Shown one piece after another: positions 49,967 to 61,280 of a stretch of 64,000 bases of DNA. Numbering within the stretch: the first letter of the stretch is position 1; each line of letters opens with the position of its first letter. Made by a program: the position numbers and the translations under genes. The notes below the pieces were generated by a model. It was not told the origin of the DNA, made no database searches, and worked only from the letters and a program-made list of their open reading frames with translations. The stretch comes from Nostoc sp. JL33 (GTDB taxonomy: Bacteria > Cyanobacteriota > Cyanobacteriia > Cyanobacteriales > Nostocaceae): NCBI RefSeq assembly GCF_017114985.1, contig NZ_JABXKP010000038.1, forward strand, positions 12,357 to 76,356. Reading direction: 5' to 3'.

Positions 49967-50194
49967 AGATGCATGAGTATTATGTTTATTATGATAATAC
50001 TGGCTATGTAGGCAAAGCCCACTGTCGGCATCACATTTTGTAAAAGATAGTCAATAGCCTGTTGTCTAGCCCTGTAGACCTATAGCGGTGAGGCTACTTG
50101 GAAAAAATTACTAATAATCTGACTACTTGTATCTTGATGAGACGTATCTTTAATCAGCTTAGTAGCAATACAAGCCGATACAATAATATTTAGT

Positions 50195-50515
50195 GTGAGA
50201 CATTTGGGAGAAGAAGTTTTGGCGACTATTACCGATATCGGTACACTAATCACAAGAAACCCTAAACTGCGCGGGGGTCGTCCTATTATTGCGGGGACAG
50301 GTACATCAGTCCGTCGCATAGCCGCTTTATATAAACAAAGTGACAACGCAGAAGAAATTGCAGCTGATCTGGATCATCTAACCTTAGTACAGATTTATGC
50401 AGCACTAACCTACTATCACGCGAACCGAGAGGAAATTGACGCTGATTTAGCATCAGAACAAGCAGAGTATGAACGGTTAGCAGCACTACATGCAAAGAAA
50501 GCTCAGATTCAATAA
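50195..50515 (+). CDS. DUF433 antitoxin
   Basis: GGRPII.GT...V, L...QI.AAL.YY; stop overlaps the next start. Confidence 0.9.
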   Translation: MRHLGEEVLATITDIGTLITRNPKLRGGRPIIAGTGTSVRRIAALYKQSDNAEEIAADLDHLTLVQIYAALTYYHANREEIDADLASEQAEYERLAALHAKKAQIQ

Positions 50516-50841
50516 TGAGCAATATTCGTTTGTACCTAGATGAGGATGCAAGGAGTCATAAGCTTTATTCAGCTTTACGCGCTCGTAGTGTAGATGTGAT
50601 TACTGTTGCGGAAGCGGGAATCCTATCTCGGAGTGACGAAGAACAACTGAATTGGGCATTAGAGAATCAGCGAGTAATTTACAGCTTTAATCTTAAGGAT
50701 TTTTATCAGTTGCATACAACTTTGTTGGAACGTGGAGAGTTTCATGCAGGAATTATTTTGGCACAGCAAGGTTACTCCGTAGGCGAACAAATGCGCCGCT
50801 TGCTAAAGTTAATTGCGGCTAAAGCAGCAGAGAATATGTAG
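50515..50841 (+). CDS. DUF5615 PIN-like toxin, probably truncated by about 13 aa
   Basis: YLDED, SDEEQL..A, RVIYSFN..DF, HAGII; frame continues past the TAG as NQVEFLSSWGDS* (to 50880). Confidence 0.85.
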   Translation: MSNIRLYLDEDARSHKLYSALRARSVDVITVAEAGILSRSDEEQLNWALENQRVIYSFNLKDFYQLHTTLLERGEFHAGIILAQQGYSVGEQMRRLLKLIAAKAAENM

Positions 50842-51107
50842 AATCAAGTGGAATTTTTGAGTAGTTGGGGTGATTCGTAAGATTGTCCAAGTGCGATCGC
50901 ACTTTATTATCTCGCTTAGTTGTTTAAATGTAGACTACTTGTGTTTGTAATACATTTAATAGTGCTGAGGAGTAAATTTGACGCTAAGGTGCAAAGATAC
51001 TAAGAGAAAGTTTGTGTCTAGCAGTGTCTGGAAACAAGATTTAAAATAAAAGCCTTATTATCTCGTTACAATCGACATGTGCATTAGGCATTCAAGAGTT
51101 ATCAGCC

Positions 51108-52676
51108 ATGAAATTGATTTCCGATCCACCGATTCCTGTAAAAATTCAAAAGATGAAGGAACGGGTGCGGTGGATGCATCCAAGTTTTGTGCAACGGGGA
51201 ATTGACCAAACCAGCATGGTGATTGACGATCGCAGGCAAGATAGTCCAGAATTTTCGTTTATGGTTATCGGTGATTCCGGCACCAAATCCCATTCTCGAC
51301 ACCACCCCCAACGAAAAGTTGCTGAACTAATGCTTGCTCACCAAGATGATTGCAGTTTTGTGTTGCACACAGGCGATGTAATTTATGTGGTGGGTTCCCA
51401 AGAGTATTACTCGGCAAACTTTATTGAGCCTTACCGGGAATTTCTTGTTGGTGGGAACAACCCCAAAGGCATTCCCTACGATCGCATGGTGTTTAATCTG
51501 CCATTCTTGTCAGTACTTGGTAATCATGATTACTACGATGTGCCGTTAATCTACCGTTGGCTGGCTGGAACTACGTTACCACTGCGTCGCTTGTTGCGCT
51601 ACAAAGATATCGAAATTGGCTGGCATGGATCGTATCAAGGTGATGCCTATGCACGGGCGTTTTTGGACTATACAGGGGCAATGTCTACCCCAGAATTAGA
51701 ACGTCATTTAGATCAACACTACACTGCTAAGACTGACACAGGTCGCTGTTTGCGTTACGAACCTGGACATTTTACCCGTTTACCGAATCGTTATTACACT
51801 TTCCGTTACGGCGGTATTGACTTTTTCGCTTTAGATTCCAACACCTTTAATACACCGTCGCCTTTACCTGCAACTCAAGAGGGGGAAATTTACCGCCGGG
51901 AATTGCAAAAGCGTCGTCAGGAAATAGATCAAGAAGAATTGCAGATTTTGGGAATATGCGATCGCCTCAACCCAGATAAACCCACCGACGCGGAACAACT
52001 TGATGACCTTAGTGCCAAATTAGACCAAATAAACGAGATCAAAATCGATATTGAAAAACAATTGGCATCTCATAAAATGCCTGCGATCGACTTTGAACAA
52101 CTTGAATGGTTGCGAAGCAGACTAATTGAATCTTGGAACACCTCCGAGGTGCGCGGACGTGTAATCTTTTTCCACCATCCACCCTACGTCACAGAAGCTA
52201 CTAAGTGGGATCAGGCGCAAACTTTGGCGGTTCGCCACCGCTTGCGCTGGGTGTTTGAACAAGTGGCACAAAATCTTCGTTCTCTAATTAAAGAACGTCC
52301 CATAGTGGATTTGATTTTAAATGGCCACGCTCACTGTTTCGAGCATCTTTGCACAACTGATACCGGATTTGCTGACTCTCACATTAACTGCATTATCTCT
52401 GGTGGTAGTGGTCATCGTCCCCGCTATCAACGGCAAGGGCGGACTGAATTGATGGAGACTTTTAGGGAAATTGCAGGTAAACCGATTCGGAAAGTTGCGG
52501 ATTCAATGCTTTTTGTGGGTCGTCATGACTACAATTCTCAGAACCGACTGCCTTACTCATGTGTACGGATTGATGTTCTGGATGGTAGCCCACCCAAGTT
52601 TATCATCAGACCACTGATCGCTGAACGGGTTGAAGATGAATGGTATAACCGCGAACTTGAACCATTTGTGATATAA
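51108..52676 (+). CDS. Calcineurin-like metallophosphoesterase
   Basis: GDSG, HTGD, GNHD, HHP, NGHAH motifs. Confidence 0.9.
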   Translation: MKLISDPPIPVKIQKMKERVRWMHPSFVQRGIDQTSMVIDDRRQDSPEFSFMVIGDSGTKSHSRHHPQRKVAELMLAHQDDCSFVLHTGDVIYVVGSQEYYSANFIEPYREFLVGGNNPKGIPYDRMVFNLPFLSVLGNHDYYDVPLIYRWLAGTTLPLRRLLRYKDIEIGWHGSYQGDAYARAFLDYTGAMSTPELERHLDQHYTAKTDTGRCLRYEPGHFTRLPNRYYTFRYGGIDFFALDSNTFNTPSPLPATQEGEIYRRELQKRRQEIDQEELQILGICDRLNPDKPTDAEQLDDLSAKLDQINEIKIDIEKQLASHKMPAIDFEQLEWLRSRLIESWNTSEVRGRVIFFHHPPYVTEATKWDQAQTLAVRHRLRWVFEQVAQNLRSLIKERPIVDLILNGHAHCFEHLCTTDTGFADSHINCIISGGSGHRPRYQRQGRTELMETFREIAGKPIRKVADSMLFVGRHDYNSQNRLPYSCVRIDVLDGSPPKFIIRPLIAERVEDEWYNRELEPFVI

Positions 52677-52705
52677 ACAGGATGCGATCGCTGAGTGTCT
52701 ACTTA

Positions 52706-53071
52706 TAGGACTTACGCAAAATATCTCTCAAACTCCTATTTCCACCGTTCGCGCAGCGTCTCCCCTTCTCCCAAAGGGAGAGGCTAGCGCGTGAGGGAGA
52801 GGGGGAGACGCGCAATTTCCAAGTCTCTTAACCGCAAGGGCGCACTGGCTTCTCTGCGCCTGGAGTGGTAGCCTGCGGCAAGCCCTTCGGCTTGGTGCAG
52901 TCGCTCATGGGGGAAACCCCCAACTCTTGGAGACGCTCCGCGTTCGCGGAGCGTTCCGTTGGCGCAGCCTCTCGCAGAGAAGGAAAGGCGCTAGCCTCTC
53001 CCTTTGGGAGAAGACCGCGCTGCTTCACCGCTCCGCGTCTACGTTATTCCGTAACTCTTGCGTAAGTCCTA
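52706..53071. mobile_element. Composite MITE-like element, 14-bp TIR TAGGACTTACGCAA
   Basis: TIRs at 52706-52719 and 53058-53071; GC-rich nested repeats inside, one shared with 27855-27890. Confidence 0.75.
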
Positions 53072-53767
53072 ACTTCTCTTTCGGCTTCCCTAACTAAGAA
53101 AGGTAGGACAAATTTTTCGCACATTTGAAATATGCATCAAATAAGCTGGTACTGCTATTTTTTCCAATGAGTATTAAATAGATTTTTGTCTCAAGTAAGA
53201 ATTTTGTTACGGAAAATGTAAATTTTATGTAAAGTCGAGAAAACAGATGTCTTTTTAGAGATAATCAAGGCAAAGTTTCTGAGAGGAATTGAATAAAAAG
53301 AAATAGGACTGTATATCTTTTTCTGCTCATTCAACTAGAAACTAGCGGAAAAATCATTTTTAAAGTTTCGATGAATGACGGTAATAATAGGAATAATCTA
53401 ATAATTTTAATGATACAGTTCTTTATTATCAACCTAAGCATTAATTAAGACAACGCCAACAAATTATTTTGATCATAGCCATAAGCTAGAGCGTCTGGCT
53501 GTCGAATCTACATGCCCATACAGGCTAAGGGTGTCGCTTTTTGTATGCTTAACTTTTGACGAAAATTCATTAGCGATGAGAAATTAAAAACATTAACAAT
53601 GTTCTCAAGCTAATACTTCGCGCATAGCAGCCATAAGGCTGAACTTCGGCATACTTAATACTTATTTTCAGGTGATCAAAGTATTATTAAATACGTGCCG
53701 TAGTAGATATAGAGGCGTGAATAGATATAACAATGCCAAAAATTGACTGTGTAAAAGGTTATCGTTT

Positions 53768-54268
53768 ATGGGATGCCGATTGAAAGTCTTTCTAAATGAA
53801 GAAGAAAAGCTGACTTTAGAAGAGTTAAGAAAAGCCAAAGATGTTCCTCAGCGTACAAAGGATCGTGCTCAAGTTTTACTGCTGAATGCTCGCGGCTTAA
53901 AAAATGAGCATATTGCTAAAGGCTTAAACTGGGCAATTTCAACAGTACGTCAAACCCTTCATCGCTGGGAAAAGATGGGTTTAGCAGGTCTGTGGGATGC
54001 TCCTGGCCGAGGGGGAAAACCCCGATATTCGGAATCAGACTTGGTTTATCTAGAAAATTGTTTAGCTCAAGAGCCACAGACTTATAACTCAAAACAACTG
54101 GCAAAAAAACTGGCATCTGAGCGTCAAGTAAGCTTGAGTGCAGATCGACTAAGACGGGTACTAAAAAAAAGGGGAAGGAGGTTTGGAAGCCCACGCACAC
54201 AACCCCATAAACAGAATAAACCTCTTGCAAAAATACTTGAACCGCCAGAAACTCAAGTCCCTGACTAA
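53768..54268 (+). pseudogene. IS630-family transposase remnant (N-terminal HTH only)
   Basis: RAQVLLL...TV...L.RW..GL.GL.D.P.RG.KP; slippery A8G4 at 54163-54174; no DDE domain follows. Confidence 0.82.
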
Positions 54269-54387
54269 TAGCAAAACTCCGTTGAAACGGACTCAAAATA
54301 CTGTCATTAGTCGGTTTAAACCGACTTGAGCTTATAAAAAAAGGAAATTTATTTCCAGGCGGGTGTTCGACTTTTGCAAGAGGTCTA
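54217..54387. mobile_element. MITE-like element, 16-bp TIR TA(G/A)ACCTCTTGCAAAA
   Basis: TIRs at 54217-54232 and 54372-54387; internal 18-bp palindrome at 54309-54326. Confidence 0.75.
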
Positions 54388-54581
54388 ATAATTAACTGAT
54401 TGTTGAATAGCTTGTTGAAGAAGAATACATTCGTCAGAATCAAGACGCTCGCTTCTTTACAGGAGTAGGCGGATTCGTTGGCGCAGCCCAAGGTAGAGAA
54501 CAGGCTGCGCTATCCGCCAGTCCGACTCCAATTCATTCTGAGTTCTGATTTGTGACTCGTGAATTCTGTTTAGATAAAACA

Positions 54582-54615
54582 AAATCCACCTAAACATTAA
54601 AGTGTTTGGTGGATT
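54582..54615 (-). terminator. Hairpin downstream of ssrA
   Basis: AAATCCACCTAAACA...TGTTTGGTGGATTT. Confidence 0.6.
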
Positions 54616-54628
54616 TATTACTTATTCT

Positions 54629-55018
54629 TAGTGGATCCGAGCAGAGTCGAACTGCTGTCCAAATTGGGTATTGACCCCCCGCTCATTCACAGGTTTAGCC
54701 TTTCTAACCCTCAAGGCGGGAATCGTTCATTATCCCGAACGTAGGATGCTCTGATTTAATCTTAGCTAACAAGCCAACCAGAGAACGCTTGCTAGAGCAT
54801 CCGTTGGGGTTTGGTCTTCAGTCCTTAACGGAGTCAAACTAAAGACGCTCGAACCTATAAGAGGTGTTTAGGCAGTTGCTAGAACTGGCTGACGAGCAAA
54901 GTTAACGATGTTGTTCGCATTTACTTTTTTTTCGAGCCTTTGATTTGCGAGAGGAGACTCACTCTCGACCTGAATCACAGAGCAGCGTTCGCCAACCTGT
55001 CGAAACCGTGACGGACCC
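54629..55018 (-). ncRNA. ssrA: tmRNA
   Basis: 5' GGGTCCG pairs with 3' CGGATCC-A (G3.U70 alanine identity), T-arm GTTCGACTC, tag ORF ANNIVNFARQPVLATA* (54868-54918). Confidence 0.97.
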
Positions 55019-55343
55019 ATGCGCTTCATTCTTCAATTATAATACGCGATTCTTGAAATGTGTTATGAGACAAAAAATTTTGGGAAGTTAGATTCAGGTC
55101 TTGTGTGCGATTACTCTTCAATTGCACCTAACATTTTTAAAGAAGCTTTCTCTACGTCTGTTACACCTGTAACACCAGTGATGTCCATACGCTCATACAA
55201 GTGATCGGACGTGAGTGATTGCATTCGGCTACAGGTTTACATATCCCAAAGTTGAATTTTCTGATCTTCGCTGCCACTGGGCAGTAACATCCTATTAGCC
55301 CATAAAGCTAGAAAAACATTCTGCCCTAAGTAAAGTGACTCAA

Positions 55344-55754
55344 CTATTTAGCCATCTTATCAACCGGAATTTTGCAAGCCTCCTTCTTAAGTTGAAAGTT
55401 CAAAAGAGACGAAGGAGAAGACTTGAAGTTTACTGATGCTCCGCAGTCAGATGATGCAACTACAGAAAGGGCGTACAGTCCTACTAGTCCACCAAAAATA
55501 ATGCTAACAACAAGTGAAGTTTCTTTGAAAGTTGTTCCTAGATTACTTCTGGCTCTTGAGGCAAGAGAAGCCTTTGGCTTCTCAGTCTTTGGCTGTTCAT
55601 CAGAGTTGGTCTGTTTAGAGTTGGTTTTGTTAGTCATACTGAAAGCGGATATTAGTGACTCCGTATTCAGAGACTCAGAATACAAATGTTCAACCTCAAA
55701 ATCAACCAGAAAAATTTCAATTGCTTGTTCAGCAATGTTACCAATGAGCGCCAA
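55344..55754 (-). CDS. Hypothetical small membrane protein (start possibly the internal MTNKT)
   Basis: One hydrophobic segment (LVVSIIFGGLVGLYALSVVA) and two Cys. Confidence 0.5.
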   Translation of the reverse strand: MALIGNIAEQAIEIFLVDFEVEHLYSESLNTESLISAFSMTNKTNSKQTNSDEQPKTEKPKASLASRARSNLGTTFKETSLVVSIIFGGLVGLYALSVVASSDCGASVNFKSSPSSLLNFQLKKEACKIPVDKMAK

Positions 55755-55848
55755 TAACTTCCCAATAATCTAGGGTAATGGTAGGTAGCAGTACGATTTA
55801 TAAAATCGAGTGTTACAGAATTAAATAAATCTTTTTAAAATAAATACT

Positions 55849-55897
55849 AAAAATAGCCAATTGCTAATTGTTGGAAGATTAGCAATTGGCTATTTTT
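55849..55897 (-). terminator. atp operon terminator
   Basis: 20-bp perfect stem AAAAATAGCCAATTGCTAAT, 9-nt loop, just after the gamma-subunit stop. Confidence 0.8.
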
Positions 55898-55920
55898 TAC
55901 AACTAACAATTGACAATTCC

Positions 55921-56868
55921 CTAAGTTAATGCTTCAGCACCACCTACAACCTCAAGAAGTTCTTGGGTAATTGCAGCTTGTCGAGCTTTGTTGTAAGAGA
56001 GTGTGAGGTTGTTAATCAGTTCACCGGCATTCTCGCTAGCATTACTCATAGCTGTCATCCGGGCTGCTAGTTCACTAGCTGCCGATTCTTGCAGCGCCCG
56101 CAATAACTGGTTACTCAGATACAGGGGCAACAGAGAATCGAGAATTTGCACTGGATCTTGCTCGAAAATCATGTCAGGAGCCAAAGCGCGGACTTGCTTA
56201 GTCACTTTCTCCCGTTCGACTTCAAATTTACCGCCACGGGTTGTCAAGCGGAAGATTTCATCATCAGCTGCTTCTAGACCTTGCGGATCGAGGGGCAGCA
56301 AGGTTTGCACCACAGGACGGGAGCTAACCAAGGAAAGGAATCTGGTATAAATTAACTCGATGCGCTCTACTTTTTCGGAAAGGAACAAGGAAAGTAGTTG
56401 GTCAGCAATCTCATTGGCTTCCGGTGCGGTGGGAATTTGCTCTAAGCCGCTGTAAGTAGCATCAATGGGCTGATCGCGGCGTTGAAAGTACTGTGTAGCT
56501 TTGCGTCCGACGATCACAAATTGATAGTCTAAACCTTCTGCCTTGATTTCTTTGGCGCGGTTTTCTGCACGACGGATAACGTTATTATTGTAGCCGCCGC
56601 ATAGACCGCGATCGCCTGAAATTACCAACAGTCCAACTGACTTAACTTCACGTTTTCTCAGTAGTGGTAGGTTTGCTTCTTCAAATCTTAGACGGCTTTG
56701 CAAACCATATAATACTTGTGCCAAGCGATCGGCAAAGGGACGAGTCGCTAGCACTTGTTCTTGCGCCCGACGCACTCTAGCCGCAGCTACGAGGCGCATC
56801 GCTTCTGTGATTTTTTTGGTGTTTTTGACCGACTGAATGCGATCGCGTATTGCTTTTAGATTGGCCAT
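55921..56868 (-). CDS. atpG: ATP synthase gamma (cyanobacterial atpC)
   Basis: [37 protein letters not shown]. Confidence 0.98.
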   Translation of the reverse strand: MANLKAIRDRIQSVKNTKKITEAMRLVAAARVRRAQEQVLATRPFADRLAQVLYGLQSRLRFEEANLPLLRKREVKSVGLLVISGDRGLCGGYNNNVIRRAENRAKEIKAEGLDYQFVIVGRKATQYFQRRDQPIDATYSGLEQIPTAPEANEIADQLLSLFLSEKVERIELIYTRFLSLVSSRPVVQTLLPLDPQGLEAADDEIFRLTTRGGKFEVEREKVTKQVRALAPDMIFEQDPVQILDSLLPLYLSNQLLRALQESAASELAARMTAMSNASENAGELINNLTLSYNKARQAAITQELLEVVGGAEALT

Positions 56869-57029
56869 TTTCCGATTTTAGATTTTAGATTTTAGATTTT
56901 AGATTTGGGGTTTCGGATTTTAGATTTAATCCAAAATCCGTCTTGGAAAGTTCTGATGCCTACGGCGGGCTGCGCCAACGCCGGAAACCGGCGCTCAGAC
57001 TTTCCGCAAAATTCCAAAATCCAAAATTG

Positions 57030-58550
57030 CTACGCTGTAGCTTTGAAGGTCTTCTTGTATTCGGTGAGTGCTTCCTTCAAGGCAGCTTCTTCTGCGTCAC
57101 CTAGTGCTTTTGAGGCTTGTACTCCTTGTGCATACTGGGTTTTTCCAGTCTTTAAGTATTCCCGCAGACCTTGGGTAAAGCTGGTGACTTTATCTACAGG
57201 TAGATCATCTAAGTAACCGTTAATACCAGCGTAAAGAATTGCTACTTGCTCGTATACCGAGAGTGGCGAATTTTGTGGCTGTTTAAGGAGTTCGCGCAAC
57301 CGTTGACCCCGTGCCAACTGGTCTTGAGTGGCTTTATCCAAGTCAGAAGCAAATTGAGCAAAGGCTTGCAGGTCGTCAAATTGTGCCAGTTCCAATTTTA
57401 TCTTACCGGCAACTTTTTTCATTGCCTTGGTTTGAGCCGCAGAACCCACGCGGGATACAGAAATACCTGGGTTCACAGCTGGACGGATACCAGCATTAAA
57501 CAGGTCAGAAGAGAGGAATATCTGACCATCGGTAATAGAAATTACGTTGGTGGGGATGTATGCTGAAACGTCACCAGCTTGGGTTTCGATAATCGGTAGG
57601 GCGGTCATACTGCCTTTACCTAATTCGTCACTCAGCTTTGCGGCTCTTTCTAACAAGCGGGAGTGGATGTAGAATACATCTCCAGGGTAAGCTTCGCGTC
57701 CGGGTGGACGACGCAGCAATAGGGACATCTGCCGATAAGCTTGGGCTTGCTTGGAGAGGTCATCGTAAATTACTAGGGTAGCTTTACCCTTGTACATAAA
57801 GTACTCAGCAATACTTGCGCCTGTGTAGGGAGCTAGATATTGCAGGGTTGCTGGTTCACTGGCACTTGCAAAGACAACGACGGTGTAATCCATCGCGCCT
57901 TTTTCTTGTAATGTCTGCACCACGTTAGCAACTGTGGAAGCTTTTTGACCGATCGCAACGTAGACACAAACTACATCTTCTTCTTTTTGGTTGATGATGG
58001 TGTCAATAGCGATCGCAGTTTTACCGGTTTGGCGATCGCCAATAATCAATTCTCGCTGACCACGACCGATGGGAATCATTGAGTCAATAGCTGTGATACC
58101 CGTTTGCATGGGTTCGTGTACAGACCGACGAGCAATGATACCTGGTGCTGGAGATTCAATCAAACGGCTTTCTGAGGACTTGATGTCTCCCTTACCATCG
58201 ATGGGAAGACCCAAAGCGTTTACAACTCGTCCAATTAAGGCTTCTCCTACGGGTACTTGGGCAATTTTACCAGTGGCGGTTACAGAACTACCTTCTTGAA
58301 TTTCCAGCCCTTCACCCATAAGCACCGCGCCCACGTTGTCTTCTTCTAAGTTCTGGGCGATGCCAATTGTGCCATCTTCAAATTCTAAGAGTTCCCCAGA
58401 CATAGCCTTTTCCAGACCATAAATCCGGGCAATCCCGTCACCAACTTGTAGGACGGTACCAACGTTAGCAACTTTGACCTCTTGATCGTATTGCTCGATT
58501 TGTTGTTGGATAATGCTGCTGATTTCGTCAGGTCTAATTGATATGCTCAT
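57030..58550 (-). CDS. atpA: ATP synthase alpha
   Basis: [20 protein letters not shown]. Confidence 0.99.
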   Translation of the reverse strand: MSISIRPDEISSIIQQQIEQYDQEVKVANVGTVLQVGDGIARIYGLEKAMSGELLEFEDGTIGIAQNLEEDNVGAVLMGEGLEIQEGSSVTATGKIAQVPVGEALIGRVVNALGLPIDGKGDIKSSESRLIESPAPGIIARRSVHEPMQTGITAIDSMIPIGRGQRELIIGDRQTGKTAIAIDTIINQKEEDVVCVYVAIGQKASTVANVVQTLQEKGAMDYTVVVFASASEPATLQYLAPYTGASIAEYFMYKGKATLVIYDDLSKQAQAYRQMSLLLRRPPGREAYPGDVFYIHSRLLERAAKLSDELGKGSMTALPIIETQAGDVSAYIPTNVISITDGQIFLSSDLFNAGIRPAVNPGISVSRVGSAAQTKAMKKVAGKIKLELAQFDDLQAFAQFASDLDKATQDQLARGQRLRELLKQPQNSPLSVYEQVAILYAGINGYLDDLPVDKVTSFTQGLREYLKTGKTQYAQGVQASKALGDAEEAALKEALTEYKKTFKATA

Positions 58551-58677
58551 GTGTCTATCTTTTTTGCTTTCGAGACGGAAAAATTAATTCAGTTAGGAGT
58601 AAAAAGTTAGGAGTGATGAGTTAAAAATGCAAAAATTGCAAGTTAAAAGTCAAAATAAATTACTGTTTACTTAACTC

Positions 58678-58794
58678 CTAACTCCTGTACAGACGCGATT
58701 AATCGCGTCTCTACTTCTAACTCCTGTACAGACGCGATTAATCGCGTCTCTGCTCCTAACTCCTGTACAGACGCGATTAATCGCGTCTCTGCTC
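58678..58794. repeat. Three tandem 39-bp units, each with the palindrome AGACGCGATTAATCGCGTCT
   Basis: Units at 58678, 58717, 58756; degenerate copy at 7223-7262. Confidence 0.9.
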
Positions 58795-58802
58795 CTAACT
58801 TT

Positions 58803-59357
58803 CTAACCACTGGTTAAGCGCAATGAAAGGCGGCGCAACTGACCCCGAATACTGGCGTCAATTACCTGCGAACCTACTTTAATGATCACACCACCGATTA
58901 ACTCGCTGTCTACCTTGGTTTCTAGTTCTACCTGACGAGCATTCGTGATGGCAATGACCTTTTGGATGATTGCCTGCTGTTGAGCTTCTGTGAGGGGAAC
59001 GGCTGAAATTACTTCCGCTAATACGGTTTGATTCAGCTGCCGCAACAGCGCCAGATACTGTTGAAAAATTGATTCCAAGAATGCAATGCGCCGTTTATCT
59101 ACTAGTATTAGCAAAAAATTGCGTAAGTAGGGGTTAGCGCCTTCACCGAGTATTTGTTTGATCAGAGCTTTTTTGTTCTGAGACTCAATAAACGGGTTGC
59201 TGAAGAAGTTGTGTAGCTGTTTGTCTGCTCTCAGCAGTCCCAGGAAAGTACGCGCATCTTCCCCGAACTCTTCTGTCAAATTTTTCGATTGCGCTATTGA
59301 CAAAAGTGCCTGTGCGTAAGGTTGGGCTACTTCGGCTGCTGCTACTTGGCTTGTCAT
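58803..59357 (-). CDS. atpH: ATP synthase delta (cyanobacterial atpD)
   Basis: YAQALL, LIGG..IKVGS..IDAS. Confidence 0.96.
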   Translation of the reverse strand: MTSQVAAAEVAQPYAQALLSIAQSKNLTEEFGEDARTFLGLLRADKQLHNFFSNPFIESQNKKALIKQILGEGANPYLRNFLLILVDKRRIAFLESIFQQYLALLRQLNQTVLAEVISAVPLTEAQQQAIIQKVIAITNARQVELETKVDSELIGGVIIKVGSQVIDASIRGQLRRLSLRLTSG

Positions 59358-59926
59358 ACATTGCCTCCCAGTTGTGCGATGCTGCGGTCAATTAAACTTT
59401 GTTGAGCATCGTCGGCAATGCCGCCTTTGAGTTGCAATTCGACTTTTTGCAATGCTAGTCTAGCAACCTGTTGCCGTAGTTGGGCGATCGCTCGCTCTGT
59501 TTCGGTGTTTAAATCTGCTGCTGCTGTTTGTTTCAAGCGTTCTACGTCTTGCACTGCCTTCGCTAACAAGGCTTCTTTCGCTTTTTGGGCGTTTTCTTCA
59601 GCAGATTTGCGGATGCGTTGTGCCTCTGCCTGAGATTGCTTCAACTGCTCTTGCGCTTGGGAAAGGGCAATCTTTGCCTCTTGCAAGCGCCCTTCTGCTT
59701 CCTGAATTGCGCTGGCAATATTGGATTGTCGCTCGTTCAGGATCTTGCTTAAAACTTTACGTCCGAAGTAGAATAATATGCCAACCAGAATCGCTAGATT
59801 TATCAGGTTGGTTTCAAAAATGTCTAAGTTTAGACCGAAACCACCTTCTGCTGCGCCTTCTGCCAATTCAGACTGAACAGCGTTCGCTTCTGCGGCAAGT
59901 AATAAGAATGTGCCCATGATACCCAT
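59354..59926 (-). CDS. atpF: ATP synthase b
   Basis: [12 protein letters not shown] followed by coiled coil. Confidence 0.96.
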   Translation of the reverse strand: MGIMGTFLLLAAEANAVQSELAEGAAEGGFGLNLDIFETNLINLAILVGILFYFGRKVLSKILNERQSNIASAIQEAEGRLQEAKIALSQAQEQLKQSQAEAQRIRKSAEENAQKAKEALLAKAVQDVERLKQTAAADLNTETERAIAQLRQQVARLALQKVELQLKGGIADDAQQSLIDRSIAQLGGNV

Positions 59927-59961
59927 TTACAAGTGCGCTGCTCGCTTGCTAATACGTTGTA

Positions 59962-60013
59962 TTTTCCCGAAGGGAAATGAAAGTATCTTTTCCCGAAGGG
60001 AAATGAAAGTATC
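59962..60013. repeat. 26-bp tandem duplication with hairpin TTTCCC-GAA-GGGAAA
   Basis: Two exact copies and a degenerate third, between b' and b. Confidence 0.75.
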
Positions 60014-60111
60014 TTTATCCAGTAGGGAAAAAGTGCCTTTTGACACTTAATTAAGCGCTCTGGACTAGTGCCCAGTTGCGCGTATGCTTTGACAGAACCA
60101 GTCTTGTCAGC

Positions 60112-60543
60112 TTATCTAACAGGAGTTGGCCCCAATACTTTTTCTAGAATCTGTCTGCTTAGAGCATCAACTCGTTGTTCTAAGGTATGCAAAGCTTCCT
60201 GCTTTTGTTGTTCTATTTCAACAGCAGCTTCTTCTCGTTGAGACTGAGCTTCCTTTTGAGCCTCAGCGATTTTCTCGGCAGTAATTTTCTTAGCTTCTTG
60301 TTGAGCTGCTTCTACAGTAGCTTGCGATTGTCTGCGAGCGTCTGCGAGTTGCTGCTCATATTCGGCGGCTAAACGCTCGGCTTTTGCCAAGCTTTCCTTT
60401 GCCTCAAGGGTATTCTTTCGGATGTAGTTATCGCGATCGTCCAGTACCTTGGTCAGTGGCTTATAGAAAATTACATTCAACAAAGCTGCCAATAGCAGGA
60501 ACTGCAATGCCATGAAGGGCAAGGTAGCATTGAAATCAAACAT
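60112..60543 (-). CDS. ATP synthase b' (cyanobacterial atpG)
   Basis: [14 protein letters not shown]...L...FYKP. Confidence 0.96.
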   Translation of the reverse strand: MFDFNATLPFMALQFLLLAALLNVIFYKPLTKVLDDRDNYIRKNTLEAKESLAKAERLAAEYEQQLADARRQSQATVEAAQQEAKKITAEKIAEAQKEAQSQREEAAVEIEQQKQEALHTLEQRVDALSRQILEKVLGPTPVR

Positions 60544-60859
60544 TTCTCTCCTCTTTGGCTGGAGTAGCAGTTTTAATGGCTAGCAACATCATCCAACCTT
60601 TCATATTTTAGAAACCCAGAGCCAACAAGGCGCAAGGGATTTTGGATTGATACCGACCGCAAGAAGCCTGCGTAGTTCAGAGATTTTAGATTGACGACTT
60701 TAGATTTGAGAGCAGGGATAGCTCAGGGGCATGTACCGAAAACTCTTGATAATCTAAAATTGGTAGTCAACTTATATCAGAACGACTTAATGCCCAAAAT
60801 CTTTTCGATTGTAGAGGCGTGATGGTTCACGTCTCCACACGAAAAAAAACTTTCAGGTC

Positions 60860-61255
<396 letters not shown>

Positions 61256-61280
61256 CTAACATTACATCAACTGAGGGACG

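Noticed and set aside
4194-50841. Genome-wide TAG recoding or amber suppression
   Set aside because: TAG also ends ordinary genes here (for example the GNAT at 3878-3880 and atpA); two cases fit simple C>T mutation or error; no suppressor tRNA seen.
52828-53065. Two 66-aa ORFs on opposite strands
   Set aside because: They lie within a composite repeat element and show no protein features.
53916-54491. 191-aa minus-strand ORF
   Set aside because: Antisense to the IS630 remnant and MITE.
54629-54660. Integrated element at ssrA
   Set aside because: No duplicated tmRNA 3' end and no integrase in the window.
58678-58794. CRISPR-like palindromic repeats
   Set aside because: No unique spacers and no cas genes; tandem dispersed repeats. 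The same applies to 33528-33583 and 59962-60013.
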